NCBI GenBank assembly: GCA_043228905.1 | Contig: JBHGNT010000004.1 | Coordinates: forward strand, 7,378,001-7,442,000 | Length of the DNA: 64,000 nucleotides | Direction of reading: 5' to 3' | From: Azolla caroliniana | Taxonomy: Eukaryota > Plantae > Polypodiophyta | Shown here: positions 1-12,240 of the stretch, piece by piece | How positions within the stretch are numbered: the first letter of the stretch is position 1 | How the letters are laid out: every line of letters begins with the position of its first letter | Made by a program: the position numbers and the translations under genes | The notes under the pieces: generated by a model | The model's database searches: none | Told to the model about the DNA's origin: nothing | Seen by the model: the letters and a program-made list of their open reading frames with translations, nothing else

Positions 1-800
1 CTTATGCATACAACACCAAACGCATATCATTTACATAGGAATTGAGGTATTGACCTCATACGCATATATAACATTTGTATGTGAACGTAATACACAATTG
101 AGGTATTAACCTCGTACGCATACGACATGAATCACATATCAAATATATGTCAAATGAGGTATTGATCTCATAAACATATGAATACGTTTTATACAACCAA
201 TTTGTTACCACTAAAACATCATTGAATCAATAAAGAAAAAACATATTGACTATACATGATTAGATTGGGAGAAGAAAAAATAGAAAAAAAAACAAGAAAG
301 AGTTACCGAAGTTCCTTTATTGATCGCAATCTGGATCAAGGTCGACCGCACATCGATCGATCACCATCCATCAAGAAGACAACAAAAACCAACAAAAGAA
401 ACATTAGAAACACAAGCTCTGCTACCAACAGTTAGAGCCATGATCTAATGTAAGCATATGATAAGGATATAATATATATGAAATAAGAAAGGCGAGAGAG
501 AAATAAGGGTGCTGAACCACCCGACTACCCCCGAGCGAAGGGATTGAGATGAACTCGAGCCTCGATCAGCGTCCCATACTACCGCCGTGGAGTCGACTCG
601 TACCTGGTGCTGGCGCGCTCGCTACAAGAGTTGACCCACTACGAAACAGAGTCTCGACGTAATCAAGAGATGATGACCCAAGGCCCCTAGGCAAGTTCAC
701 ACTTGGCCTAATGGGTTGTCTCAATCCAGAGGATTAAAAGTAATCCTCCCGTTTTTTACACTCTCATTTAACCCTTACACTTATCCACTTGTATAGAAGA
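1..800 (-). mobile_element. Copia-type remnant: 5' UTR, degraded tRNA-iMet PBS and part of the 5' LTR, interrupted at 801 by another Copia
   Basis: GCTCTGCTACCA at ~416-427 is one substitution from the reverse complement of the canonical PBS TGGTATCAGAGC. LTR-like sequence follows from ~430. Confidence 0.5.
43..180. repeat. Three degenerate tandem units (~56-57 bp period) with core TGAGGTATT(G/A)AYCTCRTA
   Basis: The core motif is seen at ~43, ~98 and ~155. Confidence 0.7.
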
Positions 801-1282
801 TGTGAAATGTTACGTACGCAAACTATAGGAGACACATAATACCGATAGAGAAAAAAACAGGTTTAATGGAGAGCTTGAGACTTGACGTACACGGGAGAGA
901 CAGATAGAGGATTAACACAAAGAAAAACTGAATTCAAAATAATGTGTAAAACTCTGTACATAGGATGTGCTCAGAGAGCGCTTTTATATAAGTCCATACG
1001 GACTGACAAAAGTACTGACATGTACTTCAATGCTCATAACTAAGCTCCTACACTAACTCCAAAATATATTCCCTCGCAGAATATCTATTCCACGGCCTCC
1101 CAATTTCCGCACCGATTCGGCCTCTTGTTGCGCACCAGTTTACGCACCGATCCGGCCAATGTTGAGCTTGTATCTTAACACTCCCCCTTAAGCTCAACTT
1201 AAGGATCTTCCGAACCTTCGCTCCGGTTTCTCTTGACTTCACGCCCCGTTCGCGCTCCTCGACCCGTTCAATTCTACGCGCC

Positions 1283-4200
1283 TCAACCCTTACGGTCGGC
1301 TTGTCTGCTCGTGCAGCCTTTTCCCTTGTTGTCACGGTGTTGACACGTCTTCTGCTGCCCTTTCTTCCGCTTGGCCTTTAGTTGATTTGGTGTCTCCGAA
1401 TCAAACATCTGAGCCGAATTGGCTGCCTCCGATTCGTCTCCGCTTTTGTCCAAATTGGTTGTCTCCAATTTGTCCCCAATCTTGGCCTTCTCGCCCTTGT
1501 TGGCTTCATCTCCCCCATGTTTGGCTGGCTTCGGCTCTTTCTTTTGGTTGTCGCCCTCTCGTCCACTTCCGAACTCTTCCACGGATCCGCCTTCGGCTTC
1601 TTCAACCGACACTAAATCGAATTTGTCATCCGATTTGGTGTCGCGGTCACTTCCGCTCCTTTCCTGCTCCTTTCCATGGTCTTGCAGGACTTTTCTGCCC
1701 CTCAAGTTCGGCACGTCGAGGTGCCGCAACCCAAGCCCACCCGAGAATAGCCGCAACTTGTCCAGACCAAGGGGCTTGGTAAAAATGTCAGCGTTCTGCT
1801 GATCCGTCGAAACATACTGAAGTTCGACTTCACCAGAGAGGACACGCTCACATGCAAAGTGGTAGTGGACCTCATAGTGCTTAGTGTGGGCATGGAAGAC
1901 GGGGTTCTTCACAAGTTGGATGCTGCTGAGGTTGTCGTAGTAGATCGTTGTTGGACCGGACACCTCCACTTGCAGATCCTTAAGTAGCCACTTCAGCCAT
2001 ATGGCTTCGCACGTTGAGACAACCGCTCCTTGATACTCGGCTTTTGTGCTCGACAGTGCAATTGTTGGCTGTTGTTGGGGTGGGGGTGAAGCCTAGAATG
2101 GCTTCACCCCCCTCCCAAGGGGGTTATGTGAGAGAGAGAAAAGAAGGAGATTGAAAATAGGAAATGACACCAAATAAGAGGTCATCCAAATTCCTCACAT
2201 TCTTCTTCTTCGTTTGCCTCTGCTTTATCTCAATCATCCGAATTGATCACACCATGCGAGATTGAAGGAGATCTGAGATCATGCTCATAATCATGGTCTC
2301 TATCACGATCTCTGGATTGAGCAGCCAATTGTCGCAATACTACCTTGATTGCATGTGTTATGTCCTTGATGATTCTTCCACGCCTCCCTGTGTGAGCTTA
2401 TTATCAGATCAATAATTATACTCATGCGGAGGCGGCGACAATGGCGGCGACGACGACGATCTCTTCATCAAGAAGGGAGGGAGGAACCACGCAGCTGATC
2501 CTTCCTTATCTACCTCAAGGGATCCTCAATTCACGTACAAGGACCATTCTGATGCAATAGCAGTATTGGAATTTCGGATCATTGAAATACTCACAAAACT
2601 CTGATTTTGCTATGGAAACCTCACTTGGTGGTGGATAATGATCCACACTGGCCCATAGAACAAATGGGTGAGGATCATCATTTGGCAAACTAAATTCTCC
2701 ATCATTATTTGTGTAATATGCTCATGGATATTTGAGTATGTAAAGATGATGCATGACTGTAGGTGGTAAGAGAGTGAAATGCTTTTCTCGTATAACCATT
2801 ACCTACAGATTCTGATAATGATCTTTGTGGAAGGACTTGACTGATTTTATTTATTTATTTATTATTTTTGTGCCAATCCATAGATTTACTACTTCAAGCA
2901 TACATCCCAATGCTTCTCCAATTCTTCTTCTCCCCCAACAATCTCATCCACGAGTATGGAAAAACCCAGCGATGCCTGATTCCTTACCGCCTTCCTCAAA
3001 TCTCTCCTCCATGAGGTCTAGCCTTTCCTCAAGCTCAAGTAGCTTCAGCGACTACAACATGTCGGGCAACATATCTCAGAGCTTTTGAATCGAGTCTTCC
3101 ATATCTTCAAATCCCACACTTACGTTGACAAACACATTCTGTCGCCACATCTCGTCAAAGCCATCATGGAAGACATCCAAAACCAGATACCACTCGCATG
3201 TGTCCGACAGGCGGTGAGGATCGATGCAGGCTGTGCGACCGAGGAGGAGGCACGACAATTGCTTGATCTTTACTTGGTGGCTCTCGCCTAGCAGATGCTT
3301 CCCTTGTATAGATCGAAGGTGTAGATGTTCGCCTATACATCAGGGAGATCGACGAGTCTGATGGATGTGATGCACTCCTTGATGACGGAGAGCAATAATA
3401 TGTGATCAATCTTCTGCCACCACCGAATTAGGCCTCTACATCTCAGATGCTGCAAGTGTATTAGGTCAAGAAGACAGGATCTTAGCAGAAGCAACGATGC
3501 ATCCAGACACAACCTAGGACAATCTGTCGGGTTTTAATGTAGCTCTCCACCTTGGGAAGGTGCCATGGCAGCGTGAAACACTAAATTTAGTAGTTGATAG
3601 TAGACAAGAAACACTACACATATGACAATGGGGTGTGAGTCTCCAAATCTTCACATTAGGAGAGAGGGCTTTAGGAAAAGATCTTTGATTGATGTAGAGG
3701 AGCTTGAAATATGCACAAGGCTATGAAAGCTTCAAGCGAAAAAAGGCAAAGAAGGGAAGCACTGCAGTGCAGAGAGAGTAACTGAAAGGGATTGAGAGAG
3801 GGAGAGAGAAGGACTTCCTCTCAAGGGAGTGTCGGCCGTTCGGGCGTGCCAAAAGTGTTGTTGGGGTGAGAGAGTGAAAAGAAGGAAAGTGTCTAGGCTT
3901 CACCCCCTCCCAAGGGGGTTAAGTGAGAGAGTGAAAATAGGAAATGACACCAAATGAGAGGGGAAAAAACTCTCTCTATTACATGCCCCATAAGGGGTTT
4001 ATCTAATACATAATGTAATGGTAAATAATATGTCCGTTACAAAAAGAGACTGTTACATTCTTGTCACATGCACATAATTGTGCATGTGCTCACACATACT
4101 CATCCTCACGCTCATATACATTACACATACCGAACAACCCCTTTAACGTGTTTTACCCTTAAACCGCCCCGTACAACTCCTACGGGTAACATCGGTTGCT

Positions 4201-7200
4201 TCTTGCTACTCCACGCGATCACGACGCTCCCAAGGGGGAACGCGAATCCGGATGTGGATCGACGATCGCTGGCATTTCCGGCCTAGTCGGCATTCGTATA
4301 GCCGACTAGCTGTGCGGCAGTACCGGTCCAATATAGTAGCCCCCAGTCCTTAGTGCCACTGACGTACCTGAGTACGCGTTGCACACACTGAAGGTGCTCC
4401 TCGGTTGGCCGCACCATGAACTAACTAATCAAGCCGACTTGGTAACTGAGGTCTGGTCGGGTGATAGTCAAGTATATGAGGCTTCTGACAATCTGTCGGA
4501 ACCTTTTCAGGTCGCAAACCATTCCGGAGTCAGGGTGAAGCTTCACGGTTCTGTCCAGAGGAGTTGAGATGGACTTACCGTCTGCCATGCCGAACTTGAA
4601 GAGCATACTCAGCACGTAATGTCGTTGGCTGATTAGTATGGCTTCGGGGGTTTGGATCACTTCGATCCTGAGAAAGTAATGAAGGTCCCCCAGGTCCTTC
4701 ATATCAAATGATGCCACAAGCTGGAGCTTTACTCGGTCAATTTCACCTAGGTCGACGCCAGCGATGACCAAGTCATCAACATAAAGTAAAATACTAACCG
4801 GCCTAAGTCAACCTTGCCAGACGAACAATGAAGTGTCCGATTTGGACGTCGCAAATCCATCCGATGCAATCGCTGCGTGATCTTCATGTTCCAGGCACGC
4901 AGGGCTTGCTTTAGTCCGTAAAGGGACTTCTTCAACCGGCATACCGCCGAAGTGTTCGTTCCAAAGTGAAATCCGAGGGGCTGTACCAAGTACACTTGTT
5001 CCTCAAGCTCGCCTTGCAGGAACACATTCTTTACATCCATTTGATGTAAGTGCCACCCCTTTTCCGTAGCTAACGCAAGCAAAACACGGACGATCGTCAT
5101 CTTCACGACCGGCACAAACGTCTCATCGTAATCGATGTTGTGTTGCTGCGCGTAGCCTTTTGCTACTAATCGGGCCTTGTATCGGTTGACCGAGTGGTCG
5201 GTGTTGTACTTGACCTTGTACACCCACCTGGATCCAATCGGCTTTACACCCTTGGGGGCGTCAACCAGGTTCTATGTTTCATTCTCCGCAAGTGCGTTCA
5301 TCTCCTCCTCCATGGCGGCACGCCAATTTGCGTCCTTTGCCGCTTCTGCGTAGCTCTCCGGCTCACGCACTTCCGCTACATGCATCATGGTATCCGAACC
5401 GCACAACAGGGTTCTTCTGGCGGGTAGATTGGCATAATTGCTCATTAGACACAGGCGTTTTGGCCGTTTTGGCTGACGTGGGCTTCGCTCTTGAAGGCCC
5501 GTCATCGCTCTTCTCAGAGACGGACTCGCGCCAATCCGACTCGTCCCTATCCGTGCCGTACTCTGGCATCTTCTTCTTTCCCTTTTCTTTGCGCGTAAGC
5601 CGTCTCTTCGGCTTCCTGCGCGGGGAATGCACAACCCAGTCTCCACTACTTGCTGGCTCTTCATTTGGCTGGTCAAACAGACTTAGTCGCTCGTTCGATG
5701 CACTTAGCCGAAATGAGGTCGGACTCTCTTCAAGAGTTCTGACTTCGCGTTCATCAGGAGGCATCTCAGCCTCGCTGACCTCATCGTCGGAACTTGGATT
5801 GGAGTTGAGGTCCGGAGATAGAGGCAAGTACCATGACACGGACTCATCGAACACAACATTGCGACTTACACGAGCTTGTTTGGTTCGGGGGTTATAACAC
5901 TTATAACCCTTTTGTTCATCTGAGTAGCCGACCAAGATACACTTCTCGGCTTTCGTGTCCAGCTTCCTCCGCTTCTCCTTCAACACATGCACATACGCGA
6001 TGTTACTGAAAACCCTCAAGTGTCGTAGATTCGGCTTCCTCCCGAAATACAATTCATGTGCCGACACTTTTTCTCCGATCCGATTCTGGATGTAGACCGC
6101 GGTTCGGATCGCTTCGGCCCAATAGAACTTGGGCATGCTCTTTTCTTCTAACATTGCCCGCGCCGCTTCCACATCTGACCGATTCTTCCTTTCGGCTACG
6201 CCATTTTGCTCCAACGTATACCTGCAACTAAATTCGCGTCAAATTCCCATTTGTTGCAAATAACTGTTGAATTGGCCGGAAAAGTACTCTTTTCCGCCAT
6301 CCGACCATAGGCACTTGATCTTCCTCCTTGTTTCCCTTTCGACAAGATTTTTGAGGTTCCGGAAACAGTCGAAGACGTCACTCTTCTTTTCGATGAGGTA
6401 GATCCATGTGTGCCGGGTTTAATAGTCGATGAAGTAGATGAAATATCGACTCTCGCCAAGACTCACATTCTGTGCCAGTCCCCATACATCTGAATGTATC
6501 AACTCAAGCTTATTTCGGCTCCAATTACACTCGTTGGGGAAAGGAAGTCGGTGTTGCTTCCCTAGCTAGCAGGCTTCACAAATTTGGGCCTTTCGACCAC
6601 TAAATCTCAGCAATCCGAACACAACTTGCTTCGATTGCAGGTCCTGAAGGCTTTGGTAGTTGACGTGGCCTATCCGCTTATGCCACAAGTCGATATCTGA
6701 CTCGACTTTTTGTTCTTTCGCGAACATGGCGGTGCCTACGTCATTGGTGTCGAGGATGAACATCCTCCCATCTCTACGCCCTTGCGCAATAACTTGACCT
6801 TCTTCCTCGATGAAGCACTCGAGATGCGTGAACTAGACTTGCATCCCTTGGTCGACGATCTGTCCGACCGACACCAAATTCTTTGTAATTGTCGATACGT
6901 GTAACACGTTCATTAGCTTCCCTTTTTGCCCAATGTGGATGAGGGGAACTTCACCGACATGTACGATCGGATGTGGATTGTCGTGTCCTGTTGCGACTAC
7001 TCCTAGTTGTTCTATTTTTCCAGAGATGAGAACCACTCTTTATGGCTCGTCATATGGTTTGACGCTCCGGAGTCAACGTACCACACTTCATCCGATTTCG
7101 GGGTGGTCTTCTTCATCGAGTTCGCTTCGTGTCTTGTCACGAAGGCTGCCCCCTTTCTGACTTTTTCGGATCCTTCGGCGTAGTGCATCCGCTGCCGATT

Positions 7201-8080
7201 TCCTTGTTCAGTCGGTGCAGATCCGGATCCAGTTTTCTCCGAATCGATGCGCTTCTTCTAGCACTCGTTCTCCTTGTGGCCTTTCTTGCCACAATACCAA
7301 CATTCCGCGGCGTGTTTCCCTTGCCGGTTCTCGTCACCTCCTTGACTCCCCCTTCTTCCGGATGGTCCAGAATTGTTGTCGGCATCACCACGATGCCTTC
7401 TTCCTTGCTCCCGTCGATTGCTTCCATTGCACGCCGACTCGCCTCGGCCACCACGACCACGGGGCCTATCTCCCTCCGTATACAACATCTTGTTGTCGGC
7501 ATGCATACTTGTCAACGCACCCACGTGATTCTCCTCTACAATGAGCATCGACTGCAAGTTGAAAAATGATGGCGTATTCTCCCTTGTACAAATAGCAGTT
7601 CGGAATGCTCCGAACTTCGACGCCAATGCTCCGACGCAGATCTACACCATTTCGCCCTCCTCAATGTTCACATCAATGGAGGCGAGGGAGTCACAGTATC
7701 TCCTTTATCTTGGAGGTGTAGTCAGCCACCATCATGTCACGTTGACGCACATTGCTCAACTCCTGTCGGAGTTGGAGCTTCCTAGCTGTGGTGCTTGCGG
7801 GGAAAATCTTTTTCAGATTTCCCCAAGCATCCTTCGGCATTCTTGCATCCCGAATGTAGCTCAAGAGCTGTTCGCTCACACAGGACGCGAAGCAGTAGAG
7901 AACTTTTCTCGCCGACTATTCCCAGGCCGGGAAGTCTCTGTGTGTCGATTCGGGTGCTGCATGATTCGGTCCATCGACATAGCTCCAGTATCCATGTCCG
8001 AGCAGGTACTGGTGCATCTTGTACTACCAAGATGCGTAGTTACTTCTATCGAGCTTCTTAGTCGGAAGCGAACTAACCAT
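1283..8080 (-). pseudogene. Disrupted gag-pol of Copia-1
   Basis: Gag (LPTKKLDRSNYASW, zinc knuckle CWYCGKKGHKENEC), GAG-pre-integrase (LWHKRIGH), integrase (QNGVAERKNR...FYWAEA), RT (YKARLVAKGY, HQMDVKNVFL) and RNase H (NPVFHAHTKH...ADIFTKPL). Many stops and frameshifts. Confidence 0.9.
2070..4191 (-). mobile_element. Internally deleted or non-autonomous LTR element with tRNA-Arg-type PBS, inserted in Copia-1 RNase H
   Basis: TG...CA ends. TSD TTGGC (2065-2069) / TCGGT (4192-4196), both derivable from TCGGC. Full LTR at 3856-4191; its first ~100 bp recur at 2070-2175. PBS complement CGGGCGTGCCA at 3841-3851. Removing the insert restores the Copia motif WSSKKQPTIALSST. Confidence 0.8.
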
Positions 8081-8984
8081 ACCTCTATCCTTCTTTTTTT
8101 CTTTCTATTCTTCACAAAGATTAGGTTTTTTTTTTGTGTTTCGAGCTGACGTCGGCTGTAGAGGTTCTCAACCCTCGCACTCTGATACCATGTGAAATGT
8201 TACGTGCGGAAGCTATACGAGACACAGAATACTGACAGATAAAAAAATAGGTTTAATGAACAGCTTGAGACTCGATGTACGCGGGAGAGACAGAGAGAGG
8301 ATTAACACATAGAAAAAATGAATTCAAAATAATGTGTAAAACTCTGTACATAGGATGTGCTCAAATAGCGCTTTTATACAAGTCCATATGGACTAACAGA
8401 AGTACTAACACATACTTCAATGCTCATAACTGAGCTCCTACACTAACTCCAAAATATATTCCCTCGCGGAATATCTATTCAACGACCTGCCGGTTTCCGC
8501 ACCGATCCGGCCTCTTGTTGCACACCGGTGTCGTGAAAATCCGTCACTATGTGTGGATCGTGAGGCGGAACCGCCGGGGTTCTGGACTAGAATGATTTAG
8601 TGCAACACGTACAACACAAGCAAGTTTTAAGCATAAGACAAGTGGGAGAGACAAATCATTTGATTATTGCAAAAGAAAATCGATTCTTTATAATTTCAGA
8701 ATCGTGTTACAATGGGTTGGGTATGGAAATGAGAGATTAGTTTTTCAAAGAAAGGAGCCAACAACCATGCAAGGAGTGGTCCGATATGAATATGAGAGAT
8801 AATTTTTTACCAGAAAGCTCAAGTAAACAAAGCTAAGAGTTTGATATCAATATGTGAGATAATTTTCTTCTCGAATCCGAGAGGGAAGAAGAAAGAAGGG
8901 GAAAAAAAAAAAACTACGAGGGAAAAAATGGGACATATATCGAGCTCCTCGTTGATCCTCCTCCCCCAATGTTACTTTGCATGC

Positions 8985-9540
8985 CCACTTTTAGTCGGAT
9001 GGCCTCTATTTTTAGTTGCATGGCCTCTGCTTTTAGTCGCATGCTTCCATTTTTAGATGCATGCCTTTTTACTTTTAGTTGTATGGCCTTGGCTTTTGGT
9101 TGCATGCGATTGTCCGTATAATTCGGCCAAATGACACAATCATCCATAAACTTTAGCCTGTGCGCAATCTGTACGTGCGTCGCAACCAAACCGTAGACGT
9201 GTCATCGCGCAAAAGTCTCGACCACGTAGTAGTGTACGCATCCACGCATGTGCACGTCCCGACCGCGCCGTAGTGTACGCATCCACGCGCGCGCGCGTCC
9301 AACCCGCACCGTATACGCATCCGCGCACAAAAGTCTCGTCTGCGCCGTAGTGTACGCATCCATGCGTGCGCGCGTGCGCACACACGCGTCCGTGCCGCAC
9401 ATACACGTCCGTCCGAAACGTCCACGCGAACGCCCAAAACTTGCACACGCGCGTACATCCGAAGACATCCATGCGTGTGTACTTCCGAAAATGTCCACGC
9501 AGCCATGTAGACGCGCGTACACCCGAAGCGTGCACACCAC
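8985..9540. repeat. Two tandem arrays inside the Gypsy LTR: ~21-bp TTTTAGTYGCATG units (8985-9110) and CpG-rich CGTAGTGTACGCATCCAYGC units (9190-9540)
   Basis: Repeated motifs read directly from the sequence, including alternating purine-pyrimidine runs such as ACGCGCGCGCGCGT. Confidence 0.8.
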
Positions 9541-9921
9541 ATAGTGTAGCCCAAGTCACCTTGAACATCCTATGCTCCACACATTGATAGAATGAATATG
9601 TTTTGGTTTCCCTTATATATTCTGGGTTCCAATGTTGTCCTATCTATGTAGGATATCTCACAATTTTGTCTTTTCTTTTCTTTTCTTTAAACTTCACACT
9701 CACATAACTTGATACTTGTTTATCCGTGTTATGCGTAGTAAAATACGAAATGAATCTCTTTAACACATCTATCTTTCCATATCCATATATTAAGCTAATC
9801 GTAAATAATTATTTTACCAGTTTTCATATCGTGTGTGAAAAACCACACGACATTCACCCCCACCAAACCTGCACATCCACCGGTATGTGCCAATTGTGGT
9901 GAGGTTCCTCTTTTTTAATTA

Positions 9922-11215
9922 CTATTCTTCAACCTCGATGTTCGAGGATACATCATCTAGATCTTCGATCTCAAGATTTGGGGCTTCTCTTCTCTTAAAG
10001 ATCTTGATCCTCTTCCCTGCTATCGGCAAAGCAAGTCGAGTTCCATCCAACTCCGCTAAAAAATAGGTTGCATTGCTTTCTACTTTCTTGACCATATACG
10101 GGCCAAACCATTGTTTTGCGAACTTTCGAGCAGTGCTATATTGATTATCGAGACTACTATCATAGACAAGAACCCAATCTCCTTCTTCAATTTTTCTTTG
10201 TCGAAGACGATGCTTTCTATCAAAATTCTCCTTGTTCTTCAATCGAGCTTGGCGCAACCGTTCTATTGCCAACTCGACATCTTCGGGCCTTCGTTCTAAT
10301 TGTTGAATCCTCATGGCTAGCAAGTCTTCCCGACTCATTTCCTCTTGCCATGGCAAAGACGTCCACGAAGCAACACTTTGCTCAATAGGCATTATTGGTT
10401 TTTGTCCTAATATGAGTTCGGCGAGCATATATCCCGTAGTCGTGCTATGTGTAGTTCTATCTGCCCACAATGCATAAGGTAGTAATCGTGGCCAATTTCC
10501 CATCTTGCCGTCGCAAGCCTTTGCTAGAGCTTTTACAATTGGACTATGTCCTCGTTCCACCTTCCCATTTGCGTCCGGGTTGTATGCCATGGTGAGCGAT
10601 AATTTGACGCCTATTCTTGAAAAGAACTCTTTAGCTTCATTCGCATCTAATTCTCCTCTATCGGCCACTATTTTGCCGACACATCCGTATCGACAAATAA
10701 CATCTTCAAGGAGAAACCTACAAACCGCCGAAGTTGTTTTATTCCTTAGCGCCCGTCCTTCTACTTGGTTGGTGAGATCCTCTCTTGCTAGCACGAGATA
10801 TTTCAATTGCCCCAATCCCATTGACATAACCACTATGTCTACCAACCACTTATAGTGCACTGATAATGGATATGTCGGATGAAGTTCATCCCTATGTTGA
10901 ATATTCGAGTATAATTGGCATTGCTCACATGTTTCAACATAGCTTGCTACATCTTTGTAAACACCCGGCCACCAATACTTCTCCTTGAGCTTTGCAAATG
11001 TTGCCCATATACCACGATGACCTGCCCACACACTATCATGAAATTCAACAATTAGTGTTTGTTGATCCTGTTTCTTGCACACCACTCGAAGTGGAGTTCC
11101 ATTCTTTTTCTTCGGAAACTTCCATATATGTCCTTCTTTGAGGAAGAACTTGTAGTCCTTCTTCCTAATTCGGTAGAAGTCTTCCTTTGACCATGATTCA
11201 TCTTTTGTAAGAGAG
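9922..11215 (-). CDS. Gypsy integrase (open 5'-truncated fragment, ~430 aa)
   Basis: HHCC zinc finger (FHDSVWAGH...CEQCQ), DDE core (VDIV...ADRG...NGKVERG) and GPY/F motif (WFGPYMV). No chromodomain. Confidence 0.85.
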
Positions 11216-12095
11216 CAAGGGTGCACCTGTGTAAGGAGAATATAGGTATAACTTATAAGGATGTAGGTCCTATATTAAATGGACTTGGTAGTGGAGGATC
11301 TAGAATGTATCCCCACTTTAAGTACAAGTAGAAAATCCTATTGAAAGGTTTAAGGTTAACACACTAACTAGATTCTATGTATGTAATTACATAGTTGAAA
11401 AAATAACGAAACCTAGTTGAGATTCATATCTCAATATGCCCCCTTAAGCTCAAGTGTGAGACATCTGATGTCTGGTTTAGTTTTCAACATTGTCGGTTTC
11501 TGGTTTTGGATTGGCTTTCGGCTTTCAACTCATGTTGGTAGTGCTTTCGACTTTCAACCTTTCCAACCAACATTTAGTTCCTCCCCCTCAAGCCTGTGAC
11601 GAAGGCTTGGAGTGTGAAGAGATCGAAGGTTGTGTGCTAGTGAAAACTATAGACACTTGTCTGCTCGTAAGGCCTTTGTGAAGATATTGGTCGTTTGTTG
11701 ATTAGAGCCAACATGTTGGAGATCGATGTCTCCCGCGATGATATGTTCCTGAACATAGTGATAGTGCACCTTGATGTGCTTTGTCAAGGCATGGAAGAAT
11801 GGGTTGTAGGCTTGTTGTATGCTACTTTGATTTTCATAGAAGATACATATTGGTTCATCGACAAATTCACTGAAGTCTTTTAGTAGCCACTTCAACCAAA
11901 TGGCTTCGCATGTGGTGACGACCACGCCCCTGTATTTTGCTTTACTGTTGAACAATGCAACTATTGGTTGCTTCTTGCTACTCCAAGAGATCTCTTTGCT
12001 TCCGAGTGAGAAGATGAAGCCGGATGTCAATTGTTGATCGGATACACTACGGGCCCAATCGACATCCGTGTATCCTTCCAACCGAATAGTTGATC
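11216..12095 (-). mobile_element. Copia 3' fragment: partial LTR, PPT and RNase H
   Basis: LTR 11216-11436 is similar to 38347-38559. PPT complement GCCCCCTT at ~11438-11445. ORF 11647-12111 has GYTDVDW, ISWSSKKQPIVAL and TKHIKVHYH. Confidence 0.8.
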
Positions 12096-12179
12096 TAGTG
12101 TGAACACACAATTAACCTAACTATATAAGTGGGTAATTGCCCTTGTAAAGTAGGTTCGAAGGTTAATGTAAGATTGTTT

Positions 12180-12240
<61 letters not shown>

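Larger units (their letters stand above)
801..8528 (-). mobile_element. Decayed Ty1/Copia LTR retrotransposon (Copia-1) with nested insertions
   Basis: 3' LTR at 801-1180 (TGTGAAATG...TTAACA), PPT complement CTCCCCCTT at 1181-1189, PBS complement TCTGATACCA at 8181-8190, and a homologous 5' LTR at 8191-8528 cut by a Gypsy LTR. Gag, integrase, RT and RNase H fragments lie between. Confidence 0.92.
8529..11215 (-). mobile_element. 3' portion of a Ty3/Gypsy element (TGTCGTG...CACGACA LTR family)
   Basis: LTR at 8529-9852, PPT complement TTCACCCCCACCAAACC at 9853-9869, integrase ORF, truncated at ~11215. Confidence 0.9.

Noticed and set aside
9140-9587. Several overlapping Arg/Ala/Cys-rich ORFs
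   Set aside because: These are by-products of a GC-rich tandem array inside an LTR.
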